A DNA stretch of 64,000 bases from Candidatus Krumholzibacteriales bacterium (GTDB lineage Bacteria; Krumholzibacteriota; Krumholzibacteriia; Krumholzibacteriales; WJIX01), in the NCBI GenBank assembly GCA_046483305.1, contig JAWODM010000004.1:32001-96000 (forward strand). The letters run 5' to 3'. Numbering within the stretch: the stretch's first letter is position 1; the number at the start of each line of letters is the position of its first letter. The position numbers and the translations under genes are program-made. Under the pieces are notes generated by a model. That model was given only the letters and a program-made list of their open reading frames with translations. It had not been told where the DNA came from and searched no databases. Below, piece after piece: positions 19,960-29,732 of the stretch.

Positions 19960-20012
19960 GCCGCCTCTTTCCGCGGCCGCTCAGGTAGTAACAGATTATT
20001 TCGGAGGTTTCC

Positions 20013-20960
20013 TTGAATCGTAAAATAGATGTTATTGCTCTCGGCGGGAATGCGATCATTCCCGCCGGGGGGGATGGCACAATCGAAGAGCAACGTGAAG
20101 TTACCCGGGAAACCATGAGACAGGTAGCCGCTTTGATTAAGGAAGGCAGAAAGGTTATTCTGACCCATGGGAATGGTCCTATCGTGGGTAATATCATTGA
20201 GCGAAACGATGCTGTCAGCGATCGTATCCCCCCGATGCCGATAGATGTCTGCGGAGCGGATTCCCAGGGCGGCATAGGCTACATGATACAGCAGATTCTG
20301 GGCAATCAGCTCAGAAGCCTGGGGATTGACAGGGAGATAGTTTCCCTGGTATCGCAGGTCAGGGTGGACGGAAATGACGATGCTTTTCAGAATCCCACCA
20401 AACCGATCGGGCCTTTCTACTCGGGAGAAGAAAAAGACAGGATAGTGAAAAAAAAGAACTGGATGATGAGGGAAGATGTGGATGGACGTGGATTCAGAAG
20501 AGTGGTTCCCAGCCCTACCCCGCTGGAGATAATAGAAGCCGGAGTTATTTCGAAACTCCTGGAAATGGATGTGATAGTGATCGCGGTGGGCGGAGGGGGC
20601 ATTCCGGTGATAAGGGATAATGGTGTTTTGAGAGGTGTGGAGGCGGTTATTGACAAGGATAGGGCAGCATCCGTACTGGCTGAAGAGATTGGAGCGGACC
20701 GGCTTATAATACTTACCAACGTGGATTTTGTCTATGCCGATTACGGTAAGGACAGCCAGAAAGCTCTGAGGAGTATCTCCGCCGGGGAGCTGAGGAAACG
20801 TTACCGTAATTATGAGTTCCCGGCCGGAAGTATGGGCCCTAAGGTAAGGGCAGCCCTCGATTTCATTGAGAGCGGCGGCGGGAATGCGGTGATTGCGAAT
20901 GTTACCGACCTGCTGGAAGCCTGCCGTTCTGAGAAGGGGACCAGTATCTACCCCGGATGA
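20013..20960 (+). CDS. arcC: Carbamate kinase
   Basis: ALGGNA, THGNGP, NPTKPIGPFY, RRVVPSP, EAVIDKD, GSMGPKV. Confidence 0.95.
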   Translation: MNRKIDVIALGGNAIIPAGGDGTIEEQREVTRETMRQVAALIKEGRKVILTHGNGPIVGNIIERNDAVSDRIPPMPIDVCGADSQGGIGYMIQQILGNQLRSLGIDREIVSLVSQVRVDGNDDAFQNPTKPIGPFYSGEEKDRIVKKKNWMMREDVDGRGFRRVVPSPTPLEIIEAGVISKLLEMDVIVIAVGGGGIPVIRDNGVLRGVEAVIDKDRAASVLAEEIGADRLIILTNVDFVYADYGKDSQKALRSISAGELRKRYRNYEFPAGSMGPKVRAALDFIESGGGNAVIANVTDLLEACRSEKGTSIYPG

Positions 20961-21018
20961 GAGGCCGGCGGTAACTGTCTTCAATACGATTTTTGTTGAG
21001 CAGGGCCCTGGAGCAGAC

Positions 21019-22257
21019 GTGCCGAAAATCGATCTTCCCTATAAATCCGGCCACCTTGGAATAAATATAGATGGAAGCTTTTATGAGCCCTCCTGTAAAC
21101 TTCCTTCGCCGCTGTCAGATATCGCCGGGGCGCTCGAGGTTTCAGTGAATTCACCGGTCTCCTCTCCTCCTCTGAAGGATGTTATTCCCGGCCGCGGCAG
21201 GATATCCATACTGGTTCCGGACATGACCAGGGGAAGTTCCGTGAAAAAGATCCTTCCCCACATTATGGATCTCCTCGCAAGCTCCGGGGTAAGGCCGGAA
21301 AGGATAGAGATCCTGGTGGCTAACGGGACCCACCGGATAGAAACAGAGCGGGAATTAACCGAACATCTGGGAGGAGAGATAACAGAAAAGTTCAGGATAT
21401 ATCAGCACCGGCCGGATGACCCGGAAAGCCATATCCGGGTGGGAGCCACCCCCGCGAACAGCGACCTTTACCTTGACAGGCGGATGGCCGGATCGAGCCT
21501 GATATTGCCCGTAAGCTCCGTCTCATTCCATTATTTCGCGGGTTTCGGAGGGGGAAGAAAGATGATTATGCCCGGTATGGCCGACCGGGTTTCGATCCTG
21601 CGTAATCACAGGCTCTCCCTGAAGAAAAATCCTGACGAAGGGTTGTCGGAAGGATGCCGGGCCGGAAATCTGGGGGGAAATCCGGTTCATCGGGATATGG
21701 TATCCGCAGTCAAACTGCTTAAAACGAGAATATTCATGATAAACCTGGTTGCCGATCCCGCCGGAAATATATTATTCATCAATTCGGGTGACATCTTCGA
21801 ATCACACCGCAGGGCCTGTGAATATCTGACCGGCAGATTTACCATCAGACTGGACAGGAGATTCTCTGTGGTGGCGGTATCATGCGGAGGGTCTCCGAAA
21901 GACATTAATCTGCTTCAGGTGCATAAAACGCTGCGTTACGCTTCGGCAGCCGCTGAAAAGGGGGCGGATATATACTGCATTGCCGCCTGCTATGAAGGGA
22001 TAGGATCGTCCACTTACCGGGAGGCGGCGGCGCTGGTCAGCTTCCGTGAAGAGGATTATACCCTGAATACCCAGACCGCCGTTTCCACTCGCCAGCTCAC
22101 TTCTCAATACAATATTTTCCTTCAATCGGAGCTGGATGAACGCACGGTGAGAAGATTCGGCTTTCAGCCATGGAAAAGCGGGAAGATAATTTCAGGGGGA
22201 GGCAATTTGCTGGTATTAAGAGACGGTTCATACTTTCTGCCAGAGCCGGGGTCCTGA
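21019..22257 (+). CDS. larA: Nickel-pincer-dependent LarA-family 2-hydroxy-acid racemase
   Basis: PDMTR, GTHR, FHYFAGFGGGRK, LRNH and NLLQVHK motifs. GTG start after GGAG chosen over the ORF-track start at 20893. Confidence 0.85.
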   Translation: MPKIDLPYKSGHLGINIDGSFYEPSCKLPSPLSDIAGALEVSVNSPVSSPPLKDVIPGRGRISILVPDMTRGSSVKKILPHIMDLLASSGVRPERIEILVANGTHRIETERELTEHLGGEITEKFRIYQHRPDDPESHIRVGATPANSDLYLDRRMAGSSLILPVSSVSFHYFAGFGGGRKMIMPGMADRVSILRNHRLSLKKNPDEGLSEGCRAGNLGGNPVHRDMVSAVKLLKTRIFMINLVADPAGNILFINSGDIFESHRRACEYLTGRFTIRLDRRFSVVAVSCGGSPKDINLLQVHKTLRYASAAAEKGADIYCIAACYEGIGSSTYREAAALVSFREEDYTLNTQTAVSTRQLTSQYNIFLQSELDERTVRRFGFQPWKSGKIISGGGNLLVLRDGSYFLPEPGS

Positions 22258-22429
22258 ATCCGGAAAGATACGAATTCGAAAACAGCAGGTAAATACACCC
22301 GAAGTTTACATATTCCGTTGACAGGCTTTGCCGAAAATGCGCCGGAACAGAAATATCTTAAAACAGAAATATATTTATGTTAATTTCGAATAGTCGAATG
22401 GAAAGTCAAAAAAACAGGAAGGAAAAAAT

Positions 22430-23695
22430 ATGAAGGTTCTGGTGATCGGTTCCGGCGGGCGGGAACACGCCCTGGCCTGGAAATTGAATCAGTCTGAAGA
22501 TGTAGACAGGATATTCGCCGCACCGGGCAACGCCGGCATGGATGATCTGGCTGAGAGGATAGAAATTAATGCCGGGGATATAGATCGGCTGAAGGAATTC
22601 GCGCTGGAGAAGGAGATAGACCTTACCGTGGTTGGTCCTGAAGCGCCCCTGGTGACGGGGATAGCGGACCGGTTTTCCGAAGCGGGAATAAGAATATTCG
22701 GATTCGGAGCGTCCGGTTCAAGGCTGGAGGGTAGTAAGGTATGGGCGAAGAATTTCATGAAGAGAAACCGTATACCGACCGGAGATTACCATGTGTTCGA
22801 CAGTTACGCGGAAGCGGAAGAATATATTGAAGCGGGCCGGCCTCCATTTGTATTAAAGGCGGACGGGCTTGCCGCCGGAAAAGGTGTGATAATCTCCCAT
22901 CGGAAGGAAGATGCGAAAGAGGCGGCGGAGCGGATGATGAAAAGAAAGGTTTTTGGAGAGGCGGGGGCGAATATCGTTATCGAGGAATTTCTGGCCGGTC
23001 AGGAGATATCGATACTGGCTGTGTTTGACGGCAGGGACTACCGGCTTTTCAGCCCCTCTCAGGACCATAAGAGAGCGTACGACGGAGACCGGGGACCCAA
23101 CACCGGAGGGATGGGAGCTTATGCTCCAGTGCCTTTTTTCGGACCGGAAATCAGAGAAAAAGTGATAAGTAAGATAATTGAGCCCACCTTCGGGGGGATA
23201 ACATCGGAGAAGCTGGTCAAGGGAGCGGGAGTGCTCTATTTCGGCCTGATAATAGACGAAGGGGAGCCCAGAGTTCTCGAGTATAACTGCAGATTCGGCG
23301 ACCCCGAGACCCAGGTTGTACTCCCTCTCTTCGAGGGGGATCTTTTCCAGGTGATGTTTCAGGCCGCGGAGGGAAATCTAAGCTCGGCGGATTTCTCTAA
23401 CAGCGATGAGGCTGCCTCCTGCGTAGTCCTCGCCTCAGGAGGGTATCCGGTATCGTACGAAAAAGGGTTCCCGATCAGCGGGATTGAAGATGCCGGGAAG
23501 TCAGGCTGTGTTGTATTTCATGCCGGAACGGCCAGAAAAAACGGCGATCTGGTGACCGCGGGGGGACGGGTTCTGGGAGTAACCGGTGTGGCCGGGAACC
23601 TGGAGAATTCACTGAAGAAAGCCTATCGGGGTATTGATAAAATCAGTTTCAAGGATTCTTTTTTCAGGAGCGATATAGGGAAAAAGGCTATATAA
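22430..23695 (+). CDS. purD: Phosphoribosylamine-glycine ligase
   Basis: VIGSGGREHAL, KADGLAAGKGV, QDHKR, GPNTGGMGAY, EYNCRFGDPETQ. Confidence 0.97.
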   Translation: MKVLVIGSGGREHALAWKLNQSEDVDRIFAAPGNAGMDDLAERIEINAGDIDRLKEFALEKEIDLTVVGPEAPLVTGIADRFSEAGIRIFGFGASGSRLEGSKVWAKNFMKRNRIPTGDYHVFDSYAEAEEYIEAGRPPFVLKADGLAAGKGVIISHRKEDAKEAAERMMKRKVFGEAGANIVIEEFLAGQEISILAVFDGRDYRLFSPSQDHKRAYDGDRGPNTGGMGAYAPVPFFGPEIREKVISKIIEPTFGGITSEKLVKGAGVLYFGLIIDEGEPRVLEYNCRFGDPETQVVLPLFEGDLFQVMFQAAEGNLSSADFSNSDEAASCVVLASGGYPVSYEKGFPISGIEDAGKSGCVVFHAGTARKNGDLVTAGGRVLGVTGVAGNLENSLKKAYRGIDKISFKDSFFRSDIGKKAI

Positions 23696-23739
23696 CAGAA
23701 CAGAGAAACGTCCCCCAACGTAAAGTAGAAGGAGAAAAT

Positions 23740-24204
23740 ATGAAAGAGGAGATTCAGGTAGCGGTATTAATCGGAAGCAACTCCGACCGGGAGGTAATCG
23801 AACCATGTATGAGCAAGCTTGAGGAACTGGGACTGAAAGGCGAGCTGGTGGTGAGATCGGCGCACCGGATGCCGGAGAAAACCAGAAAGTACGTTGAGGA
23901 TGCTGCTGCCAGAGGAGCCAGTGTATTTATCGCGGGAGCTGGTATGGCTGCCGCTCTGCCCGGCTATGTTGCATCCATAACCGAAAAGCCCGTAATAGGG
24001 GTTCCGGTGCCTACCGGTATGCCTGACGGGATGGACGCGCTTCTGGCCATGGTCCAGATGCCTCCGGGAATTCCGGTAGCCACAGTCGCAGTGGGAAGGG
24101 CTGGCGCGAAGAATGCGGCGGTACTGGCCGCCGAAATTATAGCTCTCCATGATGAAAAGGTCAGAGAAAAACTCAAGTCGATGAGGGAAGAATGGAGAAA
24201 GTAA
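23740..24204 (+). CDS. purE: N5-CAIR mutase
   Basis: GSNSD, SAHR, IAGAGMAAALPG, VQMPPGIPVATV. Confidence 0.96.
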   Translation: MKEEIQVAVLIGSNSDREVIEPCMSKLEELGLKGELVVRSAHRMPEKTRKYVEDAAARGASVFIAGAGMAAALPGYVASITEKPVIGVPVPTGMPDGMDALLAMVQMPPGIPVATVAVGRAGAKNAAVLAAEIIALHDEKVREKLKSMREEWRK

Positions 24205-24818
24205 TAGAGGGAAGGGCCGGTACAATAGATATCTCGGAGGCCGCTGCTGTTGTAAGGTCGGGGGGAGTGGCGGTATTACCCACCGATACGATTTACGGCC
24301 TTCATGCCGACGCAGGAAATAAAAGAGCCATAGAGAGAGTTATAAAGATAAAAGGCAAAGGAGATGCCCCGGTTTTCGTGCTTCTTGCTTCCGGGATGGA
24401 TATGGCCGGGCTGGTGGTATCTTCATGGAAGCACAATTCCAGAGGGTTACTCAGCTCGGTATGGCCCGCGCCACTGACAGCCTTACTGCCGGCAGCCGAT
24501 GATTTGAACAGATATGCCCGTCAACAGGGAAAAGTCGCGTTACGCGTACCTGATTATCCCTGGTTGAGAAATTTGATTCAAATGATCGGATACCCGATAA
24601 TTTCCACTAGCGTCAATAGAAGCGGAGAGCGGCCGCTGAGCGGTTTCCGGGAGATAAGGCAGAGTTTCGATTTCCTGGACCTGTATGTCAGGGGAAATGA
24701 AGAGAGCCGCGGGGAGCCGTCCACAATTATCGATTTTACGTCCAAGCCGCCGCTGCTGATCAGAAGGGGGGCGTTCGACCCTCCATTCGAAACCATTAAA
24801 GAAAAAGATAATCCCTGA
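24192..24818 (+). CDS. tsaC: L-threonylcarbamoyladenylate synthase (YrdC/Sua5 family)
   Basis: PTDTIYGL, WPAPLT, ALRVP, STSVNRSG, PSTIID. Confidence 0.9.
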   Translation: MEKVIEGRAGTIDISEAAAVVRSGGVAVLPTDTIYGLHADAGNKRAIERVIKIKGKGDAPVFVLLASGMDMAGLVVSSWKHNSRGLLSSVWPAPLTALLPAADDLNRYARQQGKVALRVPDYPWLRNLIQMIGYPIISTSVNRSGERPLSGFREIRQSFDFLDLYVRGNEESRGEPSTIIDFTSKPPLLIRRGAFDPPFETIKEKDNP

Positions 24819-25265
24819 ATGAGATGTCAGATTACATCAGTTCGGGCGGCTGATCGGAAAAGGTGTAAACGTCAGAAATATCCCTGCTGTATATCAGGGA
24901 TGAGCCGGACATATCTCACTGCCGGCTGCAGGGTCCTCCGCCGGGAGGCGATACTATCATCAGAATTCTGATAATTCCCGAAACCGGGGAGATCAATATC
25001 CCCGGTGAGCCTGGAGAATGATCCTGATATCAGGCAACGCAGTTTCAGCATCAGGCGGTTCATTTCTTCTCCGGGCTTTTTCCTTCCAGGGAAAGCCCTG
25101 GCGGTCGTAAGATCCGATTTAATAATAAAATATACACCCCGAATATGTTATAATATATAAAGATAATTGATGTCCGACCTCTAATGATCCCGGGTAAGGG
25201 TAAAATCGGATGAGGGCTTTCCATAGTGGAGAAGGTTATCATTAATATCAGCATGGAGAAATAAA

Positions 25266-27794
25266 ATGTCATTCAGGTACCGGAGCTTTCTTTCAGTAGT
25301 AATCCTGTCATTTCTGGTTCTCAACTTTACGGCAGTTCCCTCAGCTGCGGGCGGCGACCCCGAAATAGAAGCGCTGCAGAGGGAGATAGACAGAAAAGGT
25401 TATCATTGGACGGCTAAGAGGACTCCTCTGACCGGCCTGACAGAAGAAGAGTTCCGGGCGATGCTGGGAGCCAGAATACCTGAAGAACTCAAAAAGCGCC
25501 TGGAGAGTAATGATAATTCTGAATATAAGACAGCCAGCTCAATGACGCTCCCTTCGAGCTGGGACTGGCGCGATTACGGGGTGGCCACTGAGATCAGGGA
25601 CCAGGATGGATGCGGAAGCTGCTGGGACTTTGCCGGGATAGCGGCTCTGGAAGCGGTGATAGATATAAACGAGGGAGTTGAATACGACCTCTCCGAGCAG
25701 CAGATTCTGTCCTGTGCCACTCCCGGTTACGGTTGCAGCGGGGGGTGGTATTCCTGGGCATGGGATTATATAACCGGAAACGGGGCGGTACTGGAAAGCT
25801 GCATGCCATACCAGGCTTCGGACACCGTTGCCTGCGCGGACGGCTCCTGCGGGAAGGTCGCCACCACCGGTGGATGGATAGATATACCGAACAATGTGGA
25901 TGCCATAAAGGAAGCGGTGATGGAATCTCCCGTTGCCACCACCTTCACCGTATATAACGACTTCAGCAGTTACGGAGGGGGCTGTTATGAGCATGATGGG
26001 GATGATCCCATAAATCATGCAGTTCTGATTATCGGGTGGCAGGATACGCTTTGCAACGGAGAGGGGGCGTGGCTTATAAAGAACAGCTGGGGAACCGGCT
26101 GGGGCTTGTCCGGATACGGATACATCAAGTACGGTTCCTGTAATATAGGAACTGCCACCCAGCAGGTCTTCTACAATCCGGGCGATAACCTGGTGTATCA
26201 TTCAAACAGCCTGGACGACACCGCCGGCGACGGAGACGGAAGAATAGACCCGGCCGAGACCGTGGATCTTACCGTAACGCTGTTCAATGATATTCTTTCT
26301 CCTGCCCGTACCGGAGTTCAGGCAGCCATTGCTTCCCTGAACCCGTTAGCTAAAATCACCGGCGCTGTTTCGGGTTACGGTTCCATGAACGCCGGTGATT
26401 ACGCTGACGGAAACCCGCCCTATTCGCTGTCACTCAATGAGTTCACGGCCCCCGGAGAAATAATTTATCTGGCTTTGGATATCAGCGCTGACGGCGGATA
26501 CGCGGGCAGTGATACTTTCAGCATCAGGGCGGGGGACTGCCCCATACTTCTGGTGGACGACGATGCGGGAAGCTCGTTTGAGAGCTACTTTGAGCAGGCT
26601 CTGGAAAATAACGGATATATTTTCGAAGTCTGGGAAGAAGATAAAAAAGGGTACATCACAGCGGCTGAAATGATGAGATACACGGTGGTTGTATGGATGA
26701 CCGGAACAGGCGGGGATATCCAGCAGGATAACAGGAACGCCATATCTACCTTCCTGGACTCGGGCGGAAGGCTCCTGATCTCGGGGCAGGATGTGGGGTG
26801 GCAGCTTAATCATGAAGGCTACGCTGCCGAGATAGCATTCTATAACGATTACCTTCACGCGGACTATATTCAGGATGATTCCGGGTTCCGGTCCCTGAAC
26901 GGAATATCCGGCGACCCCATAGGGGACGGCCTGAATATCGAGATCGGAGGAGGCGACGGGAGCGGTGATCAGGACTGGCCCAGCGAAATAGAGCCCCTTG
27001 GCCCGGCTGTTCCTGTTTTTGAATACAATCCGGGAGTGGAGGGAGCCATAAGGATAGAGGATGCTCACAAACTCGTATATTTCGCTTTTGGAATAGAAGC
27101 TGTAGGCAGCGAGGCCATGAGAGATTCGATTATGGCGAGGTCTCTGGAGTGGCTGGCCGACGGAAACTGGCCCGATCTGGAGCAACCGGCAGTTACTCTG
27201 ATGAGCCCGAACGGAACGGAAGAATTATATTATACACAGGAGGAGGAGATTACCTGGGCCGCCTCCGATAATGATACTGTTTCCGAAGTTGATATACTTC
27301 TGTCATGTGACGGCGGGGCCGCCTTCGCGGATACCATAGCCTGCGGGGAAGTCAATGATGGATCGTTCGCCTGGACTGTTCCGGACAGCAGCAGCGCCGA
27401 ATGCGTTATCAGAATAGTAGCCAGAGATCCTTCAGGGCTTGCGCAGTATGATGATTCCGATCAATTCTTTTCCATTCATTCGGTAACTGATTCTGAAAAC
27501 CGGGATGCAATAAGAAGATTCGCTCTATCCAGCAATATCCCCAACCCGTTCAATCCGTTAACCAGGATAGATTTCAACGTTCCCCGTCAGGCCAGAGTCC
27601 GCATATCCGTATATGACATAAGAGGAAGGCTGGTTGCCACACTGGTTGACAGAGAATTCAGTCCTGGTTCCTACCACACTGTATGGAACGGGAAGAACAG
27701 GCAGGGGACGAAGGTGGCTTCGGGAATATACTTCTGCAGGATGAAGGGGGGAGAAAAATTCCTGGAAACCAGGAAGATGGTGCTTCTCCGCTGA
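25266..27794 (+). CDS. Secreted papain-family (C1A) cysteine peptidase with accessory domains and C-terminal FlgD-like domain
   Basis: Signal peptide; LPSSWDWR, QDGCGSCWDF (catalytic Cys), NHAVLIIGW (His), WLIKNSWG (Asn); C-terminal NIPNPFNP...WNGKN...VASGIYF. Confidence 0.92.
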   Translation: MSFRYRSFLSVVILSFLVLNFTAVPSAAGGDPEIEALQREIDRKGYHWTAKRTPLTGLTEEEFRAMLGARIPEELKKRLESNDNSEYKTASSMTLPSSWDWRDYGVATEIRDQDGCGSCWDFAGIAALEAVIDINEGVEYDLSEQQILSCATPGYGCSGGWYSWAWDYITGNGAVLESCMPYQASDTVACADGSCGKVATTGGWIDIPNNVDAIKEAVMESPVATTFTVYNDFSSYGGGCYEHDGDDPINHAVLIIGWQDTLCNGEGAWLIKNSWGTGWGLSGYGYIKYGSCNIGTATQQVFYNPGDNLVYHSNSLDDTAGDGDGRIDPAETVDLTVTLFNDILSPARTGVQAAIASLNPLAKITGAVSGYGSMNAGDYADGNPPYSLSLNEFTAPGEIIYLALDISADGGYAGSDTFSIRAGDCPILLVDDDAGSSFESYFEQALENNGYIFEVWEEDKKGYITAAEMMRYTVVVWMTGTGGDIQQDNRNAISTFLDSGGRLLISGQDVGWQLNHEGYAAEIAFYNDYLHADYIQDDSGFRSLNGISGDPIGDGLNIEIGGGDGSGDQDWPSEIEPLGPAVPVFEYNPGVEGAIRIEDAHKLVYFAFGIEAVGSEAMRDSIMARSLEWLADGNWPDLEQPAVTLMSPNGTEELYYTQEEEITWAASDNDTVSEVDILLSCDGGAAFADTIACGEVNDGSFAWTVPDSSSAECVIRIVARDPSGLAQYDDSDQFFSIHSVTDSENRDAIRRFALSSNIPNPFNPLTRIDFNVPRQARVRISVYDIRGRLVATLVDREFSPGSYHTVWNGKNRQGTKVASGIYFCRMKGGEKFLETRKMVLLR

Positions 27795-28051
27795 GCGCCC
27801 GGAATTATTGTTGTATCCCCCGGCCCCGGGTCGATTCCGCTGTTTAAACCTGGAGTGTGTAACGCAGGAATATGTATCCCGCAATTAATATCAGGGGCCC
27901 CGGTTCAATAAAGTTCTTGAACCTGTTTCTGTAATCGCGTAATGTAATAACAGGTACAGCTGGATATGAAAGGCCTGCTGGTTTAATAGGAAAGGCCCAT
28001 GTACTGATCAGCGCTCGAAAATCTCAGTTAATATTCAAGGGAAGGGATCTA

Positions 28052-28543
28052 ATGGATAATTCTACGGGTGAAAAAGCAAATGATGAAATAAGTATATTTG
28101 ATATCAGAACCAGGGACGACATCCCGGATTGGACCAGTTTCGATTCCCTGGCCCGGTTTCTTCACGAGAGTCTGAAACCTTTCGAGGACCCGCTTCCCGA
28201 GGTCGAAAAGGGGATGGATTACGCTCTTTCTTCCACCAGGGCAAAGGACGGTTTCATAGTACTGGCCGCCAGGGGCGAAAATCCCATAGGGGCAGTGGTT
28301 ATGCTTGAGACCAATATGTCCGGGTATGTCCCAAAACACCTGCTTCTTTTTGTGGCGGTCCGCCCGGAAGAGAGAGGCCGGGGTATTGGCGGCAGGATTA
28401 TCATGGAAGCTATTGACAGGTGTGATGGAAACGTAAATCTCCATGTGGAATACGATAATCCCGCCAAGAGGCTCTACGAGAGGCTGGGCTTTGTAAACAA
28501 GTACGCCGATATGCGTTACTACAAGGGGGAACAGGGTGAATAA
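28052..28543 (+). CDS. GNAT-family N-acetyltransferase
   Basis: VAVRPEERGRGIG (AcCoA motif A); NPAKRLYERLGF. Confidence 0.9.
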   Translation: MDNSTGEKANDEISIFDIRTRDDIPDWTSFDSLARFLHESLKPFEDPLPEVEKGMDYALSSTRAKDGFIVLAARGENPIGAVVMLETNMSGYVPKHLLLFVAVRPEERGRGIGGRIIMEAIDRCDGNVNLHVEYDNPAKRLYERLGFVNKYADMRYYKGEQGE

Positions 28544-29678
28544 GCTCGTTATCAATCTTGAGGCAATGCACCATAACCTGATCACTATTAATAAATGGAT
28601 GGAGGAGCAGAACGCCAGATGGACGGTTGTGACCAAGGTCCTCTGCGGGCATGTGGAAACTCTGGAAGCGCTGGTTCTGAGCGGAGTCCGGTCCATAGGG
28701 GAATCAAGGTTCAAGAATCTGATATCCTTCAAGGAATACGTACCCAATCTGGAGACCTGGTATCTGAGAATTCCGAGCATGTCGGCTATAGACAAGATTG
28801 TCAAATATGCCAATATAAGCCTGAACAGCGAGATGGATATCATAGAGGCCATCAATAAGGAAGCGCGAAAACAGGACCTTATCCACAGGGTTGTTATCAT
28901 GATCGAGCTTGGCGATCTTCGTGAGGGTATTCTGCCAAGCAGCCTGATAAAATTCTATAAGCATATATTTGAACTTTCCAATGTAAGTGTAATAGGTATA
29001 GGAGCCAACCTGGGCTGCCTGGCCGGAGCGGTCCCAAACGTGGATCAGTTTGTGCAGCTCCAGCTGTATAAGGAACTGCTTGAGCTGAAATTCGGCAAGG
29101 AAATGCCTCTAATATCGGCAGGGTCAACCGCCACTCTGCCGCTTGTTATCGACAAATCTCTTCCAAAGGGGATAAATCATTTCAGAATCGGCGAAGGGGT
29201 ATTTCTGGGCACCGACCTCATTAATGGAGGGACCCTTCCGAATCTCAGGAATGATACCGTCATACTCAAGGGCGAGATTATCGAAATCAAGAAGAAGAGC
29301 CTGATGGCCCAGGTGGAAACCGGCAACTCCGCGCCTTTTGACAGTTCCGGTGACGAGGAAGATTATGAGCCAGGACAGAGAGGTTACCGCGCGCTGGTGA
29401 ATGTGGGCCAGCTGGACACCAATGTCCAGGGGCTGATTCCGCAGAACCCTTCCCATAAAATAGCTGGCGCAAGCAGCGATATTACCGTGGTTAACGTCGG
29501 AGAGAATCCTTCCGGACTAAAGATTGGGGGCACCATAGATTTTCATCTGGATTACGCGGCCCTGCTTGGTTTGATGAGCAGCGAGTACGTTGAGAAGGAG
29601 GTTGAACCGCCAATTGATGAATTCAAGGAACTCGTCAACCGGGAAGGCAAGTTGTCGATTCCTCTGCCCTTTGAATAA
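28536..29678 (+). CDS. PLP-dependent alanine/ornithine racemase-family enzyme
   Basis: VVTKVLCG (PLP Lys), GESR, NSE, MIELGDLREG, GANLGC, NHFRIGEG, GASSD; overlaps the GNAT stop. Confidence 0.88.
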   Translation: MNKLVINLEAMHHNLITINKWMEEQNARWTVVTKVLCGHVETLEALVLSGVRSIGESRFKNLISFKEYVPNLETWYLRIPSMSAIDKIVKYANISLNSEMDIIEAINKEARKQDLIHRVVIMIELGDLREGILPSSLIKFYKHIFELSNVSVIGIGANLGCLAGAVPNVDQFVQLQLYKELLELKFGKEMPLISAGSTATLPLVIDKSLPKGINHFRIGEGVFLGTDLINGGTLPNLRNDTVILKGEIIEIKKKSLMAQVETGNSAPFDSSGDEEDYEPGQRGYRALVNVGQLDTNVQGLIPQNPSHKIAGASSDITVVNVGENPSGLKIGGTIDFHLDYAALLGLMSSEYVEKEVEPPIDEFKELVNREGKLSIPLPFE

Positions 29679-29732
29679 GGCAAATCCCGTGAAATCCTTC
29701 TTATTCCAATAACAGAACATAATTAAAAGTGA

